This document shows, piece by piece, positions 1-10,300 of a stretch of DNA of 64,000 nucleotides (position 1 is the stretch's first letter; every line of letters begins with the position of its first letter). The DNA comes from Tubiluchus corallicola (taxonomy: Eukaryota; Animalia; Priapulida). The notes under the pieces were generated by a model that was not told the DNA's origin, did not search any database, and worked only from the letters and a program-made list of their open reading frames with translations. The stretch covers positions 806,001 through 870,000 of the forward strand of contig JAQGDQ010000024.1 in NCBI GenBank assembly GCA_030141605.1, read 5' to 3'. The position numbers and the translations under genes are program-made.

Positions 1-1884
1 TTGGCATGACAATTAGACTGTATTTTCTTGCAATGATGTCCATAATTGGCTATTATTTTAGAATCATAAGAGGATAATTAAAACAGGAGTAACGCATTTC
101 AATTTCTAACAGGAAGTAATGGCAAACCATAGATTCTAATTTGTTTGCTTCTCCATGATGAGATGCTGCAAACGCAGGCCGTTACCATGACGATTCGCTT
201 GATTGTTTTAATAATTAACATCAACAGCATATTCATATTATATGGCATGAGCAGCAAGAGAATGCCTTGTAATGTAAAATATTGCACAGAAAGGAAAAGA
301 TTTCATTTAGTATAGGAAAGAAAACATGTCGCTCAAAAAGACAAAATTAATTTTACTATGCAGTTGCATACAAACTACCAAATCTGTACCTTTTTTGAAC
401 ATACCAGCACAAAATATAAGTCAAAAAATTCTTTAAAACAGAAATATCTATAGCAAGAAACCTAAACATAACACTCCTAAAAATATAAAAACACGAGTAC
501 ATTAAATCTTGAAACAACCTACTTAATTTTCTACAATGGAAATGTTTTGATAAGATCCTGAACCCATAGCATGCATGCAGTTAATGTAGAACTGCCTGAT
601 TATTTTTTTATAATAAGCAAGTTGTGAACAAGTGCACATAAAAAGACCAAAATCCATATTTAGTATGCATGCCACAACTACCCTTTTAAAATTTTGTTTT
701 TGTTACATGTTACGTAATGTGTACTCTCAAAAAAGATTGAGCCTAGACATTGTGATCAAAACCACAGGACAGGAGTTGCTTGGCATGTTTTTATATCAAT
801 TTTTATATCAAACCCAGACATGGTATGCCAGAGTAGAATACTAACCACCAGCGTGGTTAACAGGCTGTTGTAAATGCTGATAATTTAACGGTAAGCCTTT
901 AATAGTGGGGTTTTAAAAACGTTTAATTTTGGACACATTATATAAGCATTAAATTGAGGATTAAAATTTTCAATACATAGTGTAAAATTAAATGATATGG
1001 CTTTCGAAAGTTCACAGTCAGCTATCGGTACAAAACATCGGAGTCTCGTGTCTCGCTCGATAGCGGGCGTTACCATGTAGTTTGAAGAAAGCTGCCGCAG
1101 CGAAAGACAACGCACTGCTTCTGCGCAACAACACAATGTCAGTCGGTACCAAACTAAATGGCCTTAACTAAGTATTTTATGTCTAGCCAGCTATTATTTT
1201 TCCTCATTTCGCTTTATGTAGTCATAAGCAAGTACCTGACACATAAGATGCTCTAAAAGTATTTTATTTTTCTTGGAAATACAATGGATGTTCCCAAAGA
1301 AGTGATTACCACACCTGTCAAATACCATATCACAATAAGCCACTATTTAATATTCTCTGGATGTACCCTTTATTGCCTACCACCAGACATGATATCAGCA
1401 CAACAATGCTCCATGAAAGTCGGCACAGACAGATAAAAAGAAAATCAAGATAATAAATGATCTATCGAATAAAATACGACAAAGATTAATAGGACACGTT
1501 GCCATGCGATGGCGCTGCGACACATTGTTAACGGTTCTGTCGCAGATGAGTGCGAATAACAAAAATACAACCAGTTCCAGAAATCTTCCTACATGTCCTA
1601 CCTAACATGTCTGAACTAAGTATTCCTAACCTCGACTCTTAACATATGTCACGTATAACCTAAAAACTATAGGGAAAATTTCAAATTTTGCAACAAATTA
1701 ACTCACAAAGCTAGCTTAATGAAAATCACACTACCAAGTAATTGTCATTGACTACACACTATTTAGGAAGTAATGTTCAAAAGCACCATGTGGTGTCAAG
1801 CTTGACACTCCTGTTCTTGGCTGATGTGCCATCAATAACAATAAGGATGGGAAGCTTCTCGTGTATGAGATGGTTATTATCATC

Positions 1885-2095
1885 ACATTGTACCACGTGG
1901 TACATGTTTGCGGGGGTGCAGCGTTACAGATACCGGATGAATGAGTTATCGACCGAAGTGGTATTCTGGCTTGTCTCGTGACTGTCTGCAAGTAAAGGAA
2001 GTCTTCCAGAAATAGAACTTAGAATTACTTCGGTAAATGCGGACAGTTATAATGGGGACAATCCTCTGCAGATGCTTACTTGCAATATTCTGAAT
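1885..2095. repeat. Diverged GC-rich module, copy A
   Basis: Shares ordered motifs gcggggg, tatcgaccgaag (1947), gtctg and tgcag..gcttac with 6555-6830. Shares tatcgaccg and gcag(c)atgc(tt)acttgca with 3320-3550. Confidence 0.5.
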
Positions 2096-3319
2096 GAAAC
2101 AATGAAATCATGTATTGACAAAGTTCTTTTTAAACTAAGGTTGGAATGAATCAGCTTCAGATGAAGTTATATTCACAACAAGAGTTTCAAAAACTCAAGA
2201 AATTATTAGTCCAACTTAATTGCACAATGTATCATAATGGTATCAGATGGTTTCAGAGAAACCTTGAAAATCTTGATATCATGATTCTGAAATTGAACAA
2301 GAATTATCTTCGAATAGGCTTAATATGCAATAGATAATATATAATAGTTTGTAAAATCTGAAAAATGAATACATGACTAATTGTTTAAGACACATCTTTC
2401 CTTTTGAATATGTTCGAGCATGGTAACAAGATTCAAGATTTGTTGAATTCCACCTCTAAGAAATGGTTTAGTCACAGACTTACAATAATTAGGAACAGAA
2501 CTTAGGATCAAAATGTTACATTTTTCCATCACTAGAATTGCCATCAAGTCATCAGTGACATATACAGTTTTGGTTCATATGGGAAGCTTGGTAAAATGAG
2601 AAAAGATGTGTCTTATCCAAAACCTAAAAATGAGCTCGATATGCCATCATTTGGTTTGAGTTGCTTCAGCAGCCTGACTTCCTTTTTAAGTAACAGAAGA
2701 AACAGTTATCTGAATTGTGGCAGCTGAGGACCTTAAAAACATGTTTTCAATACTTTAAATAGCAAATAGAGAAAAAACAGACAAGTTTCTTACATGTCGT
2801 TTATATAATTGCCTATGTACCACGATGCAATATGATAATCAGATGATCAGAATTATGAAAGTTTATAATTTCAAAGCCATTGTTTGCTAAAAAGATGCAG
2901 CGGCATAATGCACAGTGACATCAAAGCAAAATCTATTTTGTAAGCCGAGTCATAGCTTAATGTAAGGAGAATATTTAATCATCATGTTTCACAGTTATTA
3001 CAATGTGACTGGATTTTGAAGTCAAACAATGCATTCCTCTAGTATAGCTGCTTAATATTCTTGTGATGATCCTTTTTATAACAGGTACATAAAGAAGTTG
3101 TAAACTGATACCTAGTAAAATCTAACATTAATCGTTCATATAAAAGGCATATTTTACATACAAGACACATACTTAGTATGAATTCCTGGCATTCAGGCTT
3201 GAAAGTTCGGTGTGCTACATTGACCGTTTTCAAATTTCTGGATATAATTGCAGTATCAAAAATCTGAAATAGACTTTGTATGCCATATGCGTAGGGGCAG
3301 CATCATGTCTGGCAAGTAC

Positions 3320-3550
3320 GTTGGTTGCGGTCAAGTCCGTCAGCAGGCGCGCCGAGTCCTTCTAAGAAGAATCGTTGGCGCAGACACGGTAACTATGTCA
3401 CTATCAATATGACGTAAGGCACGTGCCGAATGCTGAGGATGATGTGCAGGAGGGTGTTATCGACCGGTCGAACATTCCAAGGAGTCCGTTCGACATATCT
3501 TCTACAAGAATTGGTGTGATACAGCCCTTTCGCAGCATGCACTTGCATTT
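3320..3550. repeat. Diverged GC-rich module, copy C
   Basis: tgcggtca..ccg..ag..ggcgcg, gcgc.gaca, aact.tg.ca, tgaggatg and tatcgaccg (3458) occur in the same order as in 6555-6700. Confidence 0.5.
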
Positions 3551-6500
3551 TATAATACCAGTACAATTGAATTATTGTGAATTTGATGATGTAAGGTATC
3601 AAATTGAGTGGTCTTCAACAATTTAAAGTGATAAAACGATAAAAGGTGAGAATCTTGATGGCTTCAGCTTCTAAAGAATACACTGTGGATTTGTAGCACT
3701 ACATTGGTCACCATCTTGGGATGATTCACAAACTACGCTCCATTCAGAGGTTCGGAGACTGGAGTTCCTCAACAGCAACTGATGAATTAGTAAAGAAATT
3801 GGCTTTTCTTTTTTCATTGATAAATTGATGATCAGATTTCAGAAAGGTGAAGAACATACATTCCTTACAAGTAGATGGCGGACTCAGTTTTTCCAGATTT
3901 TTTTTAAACTGGAAATAAAATGATAATAGAAGAAATTCAAAAAATTGCACATGAAATTTAGATGAAGAGTAGGTCTACTTAACAAAAGAATGTCTAAGAA
4001 GTTCGCTGTTCCCATAAAAGAAGATCTTATAAGCATTAATTTTTATTTTATCGCCACAAAACGTTGAGTATTAGCATTACTTTTCCATTCTCTAATTAAA
4101 ATACTGACTGGTATACTGAAATTCAAATTAAAACATTTAATTATGGTAAAACCTTAAATGTTACAGCCGAATGCTGTTGTTTGCAGTAAAAATATGTAAA
4201 ATCTGTGTTACGAGTTGCAGAATTTATTTCTTCATCTGATAAATATTTATATTAATGCTAGTTAAGACAATTAATATGTTGAAGGCAATTACAAAATTTA
4301 CTAAAGACTCTAAATTTTCCTAACAGACAAGCAATTTGCAATCTAATAAAATTACCGCAGAAATAAAACAGACAATTGAGATAGGACGTCAATGCAAAAC
4401 AAATCAATGGAAAAGAATTTGTATAAATGGCCTCTGCCCAGACCAAATTAGTATCCTGCAAAGTAATTACCAGCTCATGAATACTAACTCATCACCATCA
4501 GCAGCAATTTTGTTGAAGTGGTTTTCCTTGCTGCCATCAATATTTCTATAACAAAAACATCTGAATTACTTTAGTGCCAGCAACTCTAAGTGAATTTGGA
4601 TAGCATAATATTGAGGTTTTGTCTCAACTGCATCCCATCATGCACCATAAAGTCACACACAGGAGCCATGATGTGGAAGATGAGTAAATATCAGGTGAAT
4701 ATGAAATGGCGTCAATGCCTTTACTGCCATTGATAGTCGAATGTTCACTCCTGTAAATACTAAAAAATATTAGAGCATTACAAGGTATTATATCCATTTA
4801 CAGAAAAGATGTTTGAAGAAAGTATCATAATGCCAAATTATAACAATATAATTGTAATTTTAAAATTGACTAGCAATTATTATTTACAATAATTATGACA
4901 AATAATACAGTTGCCTTATCTTATATGTAAAAATAGTTCAAGCATTTAGTTTTATTTAAAATGGTTTAAATAATGACTTAATAGAGAAAGGCAAGACTGT
5001 TGATTACTATTTGAAAACATTCTGCATTTATAGTAGCATAAGTTTAAATTTAATTAAGCTAATTAAATTACATAAGAAAAAACTTCCTGACTAAAGAGGA
5101 GTGAACAGTTTTTGCCTCAAGGTGCAATACTCGAACTGTCTACAATGATTACATGTGTATACACGTTACAAGTTTTCTAAGTCATGCAGTTTATACATTT
5201 AAAAACCAAATTTGAACTTCAGTGCTGTTCACTAATGTCACTTAGTTCAATGAAATTTATATGAAACCATGTAACATTAATTGTAGAAATTACATTCTCC
5301 AGTTGAAAATTATTTTTGTACAAAAAATGTAAAACATTTTAAAGAATTTATATGAACGAAATTTTCTATTTGTTAAGGTCAAAAATAGTACTTACATAAA
5401 AACTGAAATAGAAATAATAAGACTAAATAAATTATTTAAGTGTCAAATTTGTCAGAGCGTACAAATCATTTTAAACTTTCAAATGCTAATTTCAAAGTGT
5501 GGATAGCTTCTGCAGTTTCTTAAAGAGGTATGTAATTCCACTTTGATTAATACTAGGATTCACTATTTTTTTATATTCCATTATTTTATTTAAAACAGTT
5601 TAGAGAAGTAGATGAACAAAAATGATAACTTAGAACTATATAAACCATTTCCCGGCTAAGCATACCAGAATACCTAAAATGGTATAGATTTAATTCATTT
5701 AAGCGTTGGTGTAAAGATAAAAAACTTGGAAACACAAATTATGAGGCGCGACGCTATAGGCATGCTATTGTCTTACATCTAGTTGGAGCTTGTTTGTTAG
5801 AATTAATATTGAATCTTGAAAATTTAATGTATTTTAAAATCACGTGGCAAACTAAGTGGTGAATCAAGAGAACAAAATAGCAACTCAACTAGCCAGGTAT
5901 ATCTGACACTAATCATAAGTAGAGCAGTACTTATGAGAAACTTCCAAAAGGATCTCACTCAGCTTGTGCTATCATAATAGAAATCTTATAAATGCTGCTA
6001 TTAAATTTTTATATTCGACTGGTTAGCTTTGATAAGACTTTTCTGACAATAGCCTGTATTTAATATTCTTGTGATGTCTTCTTCTGTGATTTGAAATCTA
6101 ATATGGACATTAACTAAGTCCACAATAGATGGTATACCCAGTAGTTTACTGAAGCAACAAATGAGCAGTTATAATGGTAGTATTCATCTAGTATGGCTGG
6201 CCAGAGACAAGCATCAGGGTTCTTATGGATAATTTTTTATATAAAATGCGTGCTGGAATTTTGTCAGACATGGACAATACTTAGATCCTGTTTGATATCA
6301 AACAATCGTAGCACTATAAAATGATAGAGTGGAACTTTTCTCCAGTGTGGACAATGAAATAATGATAAAGAGGGCCAGACACTTGTAAAATGTTTGCTTC
6401 CTAAAGGTATAAATTACTGCTTGCATAACACTTCAAAGGCGATAACTTGTCTGATTTTTTTTAATTGGGTTGGTCGCTCAAAAAGCGAGGAAAAGGAAAG

Positions 6501-6554
6501 TCTGCCTTTTGGCATATCAACAACCGCGCGTGCTTAGAAGACAACAGCCACAGA

Positions 6555-6830
6555 CACTGCGGTCACTGCCGAGAGGTGGCGCGGACCGTATTCTTGAAGC
6601 CGCAACGGTACTCTGCGCCGACAAACTCAGAAACTGTGCCAACGTACGCGGGGGAGGACGTGTTGAGGATGTCTCAAGACAGATATCGACCGAAGCGGCA
6701 ATCCCCGTGTCTGAATCATGTCTGTGTTATGGGGAAACCTTTAGATGATGTATGTTGAGATGCTAGACTGTAAAGGCGTTACGCGGAGGTGCATCGTGCA
6801 TAAACAGTGCAGGCTTACGGAGTCTGAAAA
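6555..6830. repeat. Diverged GC-rich module, copy B
   Basis: See copies A and C. tatcgaccgaag is at 6684 and cttac follows 130 nt later (128 nt later in copy A). Confidence 0.5.
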
Positions 6831-7202
6831 TGAAAAATGAGATATGAAGATGGTAGAGAGTACTCCAATTGGTGTTTGGTGGCTCTACATAAGATGTTAG
6901 AAAAACTACATTATTAATAATTGGTTGTCAAGAAGATTTTGTTCTGCAGAAAGATACAACAGTTAAAGAACGGATGATGGGCTGGCATTACAGCATATGC
7001 CACAACAACTAATGCACTGAAAATTCAGCAAGTGTATAAACCAAAATTCAGTGATAAAATTTGGAGAAATGCAAAAAAGAAAAGCCCAATAATAAAGTCA
7101 AAATAAAGCTTAGAGAATTTTGCTGAGAAACTCCACAATGAAGAATGTTGCGAGTCCTCAAAAAATAAAAGCAAAGGTGATGAGCAAAATTGTCTGAAGA
7201 TG

Positions 7203-7331
7203 CAAAGTGACATTATAGTTGACGCCAGTATCAATGGTATCAAATGGATCTGCATGGACAATAAGTTTCAACGACTCATGATTCAAAGTGACATTGCTGT
7301 TGGTGCCTGTGTCATGACATTAAAATGGATC
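7203..7331. repeat. Diverged direct duplication, period ~81 bp
   Basis: caaagtgacatt..gttg..gcc.gt.tca....aaatggatc occurs at 7203 and 7284. Confidence 0.7.
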
Positions 7332-10300
7332 AACGTGGAATTTGGCTATCAGTTTCTCTTAACTCTGTGAGCTTAAATATGTAGTAATTGGTTTGGCTTT
7401 GGTTTTGATGAACAATTTAGAGAAAATCTTAGAACAAAAGGTACGTTAAATGTCTTCCCAGACCCACAGAAAGATACCTTAATTATCTAACATATAGTGT
7501 AACATATATATAGAGTAGCTAGCATGATAAAAAGCCTTTAGCCTTTACTCTTTAAAATAACATTAAAAATTGCTGAAAGAAAACTGCTAGGAGTTCCATC
7601 CCGCATAGATTAACTTTAACATTGTACAAGTTTTTGGTCGACTAGTGGACCAAAGTCTAAAGTAGAATTAATTTAAATCTGAAAGACAGTCTGTATTAAT
7701 AATTTAGGATTGCAAGTCTTATGAGGCCCTATAGCCTTACAGCTAATGTTGTAAAGCCTAAAGCATATAGCACAATTTATAATTATCTTGAACAAAAAAG
7801 TGAATAAGATGAAATTAGTAATAGAACTGAAAAAATTACTGCCAAATTATGGCAAACTAAAAATGTTTTGATGAAAAGGAAAAAAAGAGTTTAAATTAAT
7901 GTTAAGGCTATGTTATTTAAGAAACAAACTCTTTCAAAGACGCAAAATGTTTTGAAAATGTTATACTTTTCATCTATAAGGAGAATATTGAAATCTAAAA
8001 TTAAGCATATTACCATTTTGAAAATAAACAAAATTTTGCTAGGTAAAAATTTTGCTGTTAAGTAAAAGGAATCCACATTCTGCTAAGTCAAATCTTTGAA
8101 AACTACATAAAAACGTCAGTGAATAATTGACTGATAGTGAATGGTTAACTGTTAATGCATTAAATTATTTTGTTTTCATGGATTAATTTCTAATAAATCA
8201 GCTATCAACAATTCAACATTCAGAATTCGTATAGCCACAAATTTAATCATGTAACAGTTACAATAAACAATGACCAACTCTTCCATTTTATAAGACAATC
8301 AAGAGAGATTTAAATTGGCATTATTATTTTAGATTAGGCACAATATGGTTAAATTATACATCACTGACTTCTACCCATTATTGAATAGAATAATTAATTA
8401 AAAATCAATGTCACGAATGAACAGTGTAAGTGAATTAAATTTCCGATATGACTTAATTGTGTTTAAATCTTGGCTTTGTACATTAAATTGCATATTAAAT
8501 AATAATTGCGTAGCATATTAAACTAAATTAAATTAAGCCCTAAAGTAAGTCCCTACAGTTTTTTTGTTAAATTAAGTACCAACTAAACTAAATAGTCTTA
8601 CAGTATTTCATATTAAGACACTGGTGGTTGGCTTTTCACGTGTACGAAAAAATGAGTCATATAATTATGCTTTCTTGGAATTACATGATAAACAAATTTT
8701 GATCAATTTTTTATATAACAGATAATTACAGCATTAAACACAAGTAGTGCTCTGTTCTAATCACCATTGTTAAGGTGCATTGTCATGTCTACTGAATATT
8801 TTAAAAAATCGGATTTAGCCTATTGTGCAATCGTTCCTTCTGTTTTCAGTGAACAAACAGCATGGAAACAAAGGGAAAAATCTGTAGACACATTTATTTA
8901 ACGGCTAGGTTTATTACAATGTGCATGCATTTTGAAATGAGAGAGACGCACTATAGAAGCCCTCGTATCCAATTTGTATAAACATTATTAAGGATTTACT
9001 TCATTATTATTCGCAGAAGATAATTTGAAACAAAAAATAAATATTCGTAAACAGAAACCCTGCTACTGGCGTAATGCACGAGAAAATGCAGACGCATTGT
9101 TAAACAACGTCTCGGCTAGCTATGTTAACTAGATTGCAAGCATAATCAGACATTTTGTCACGAGGTTAACACCGTGAAGCGCCCGAGTTTGATTAACAAA
9201 AGAGGTTCACGGTTGTGAAGAGTAATGACAAAAATCATAAAGCTGAGAAGACAATCAATGTTTAGACAACTAAATTGACGCGCGCTGGTTTTCTGATACA
9301 GCATAGGGCTATAACATTTCAAGCTGCATGCAAACTCTACCTTATTAATTCCTATAAATTGTGTGTTAAAATTGATCCATTGTGTTACTGTCGACATGAC
9401 TGCTGCATCATGTCTAGGTGGAAGATTACTCATTCTGCAGAAATTATAACAAACAAAAGCTATTTATGTGAAACGGTTTCAGTAAAAATGTAGTCTTGGT
9501 ATTTTCTTGGTGTATTGTTGTAGTTCAGCAAGCAATCACCAGTTCACATTACAGCCCGACATGCATGCTTTTAAAATTAATTTTTAATTTGACCTTGCGT
9601 TTAACTTCCTTATATTACATGCGCGACCTTTTGTGGACTATTCTTATTGCTTTCAATGGACACAAAGGCGCAAAAATAACACGGAATTAGATTTTCGTAA
9701 ACATTGCATTAGCCACAACAGACAATGGCGACAGGAACAACAAAACAGGTGGAATCTGACTTCTTTTGCATTAGCAGCATAAGCAGAGTTAAGCTGGACA
9801 AAGTTAAGGAACTACAAAATCCATTTTTTATTGTGCGGAATTTAGCAAATCGATAAAAGGACCGAATAGATATGCTCCATTGGCAGCTTTAATTAGGCAA
9901 TGACTGGCTTAGCCCGTTCCATTTGTACTATTGGCAAATCAAACTGCAAACGCAATTCATTACTGTAGGCAATCAGGGACGTGACTCCTGCCTAACATGG
10001 GCGATCACATGACAATTATTAGTAAGAAATGAAAAAGCACATCATATTTCACTGTTTCAACCCGCCATGAATATTAAACAAGTCGGCCATTTTTCAGCAA
10101 TCACTGCTAAATGGAGACAATTTTCAGCCACTTTGAATTTTCCATGTCGTATATTAGACAAACGTAAACTTTGCCTGTTCATTACAAAGACGAAGGCGAG
10201 AAATTGCACGGATTTTTAAATTAAACCGCTGTTCGGGCTGCAAAGCATGTAAAATTGCGACTGGTGCGAGCTAATGGCATTCATTAAGACGGGATAATGA

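Noticed and set aside
3305-3580. In-frame TGAs (EC*G*C) as selenocysteine codons
   Set aside because: The homologous TGAGGATG is in a different frame in copy B, and no SECIS or selenoprotein family is recognisable.
6745-6827. ATGATGT...CTGA as a box C/D snoRNA
   Set aside because: The C box is imperfect, it is antisense to the host intron, and I recognise no rRNA/snRNA guide complementarity.
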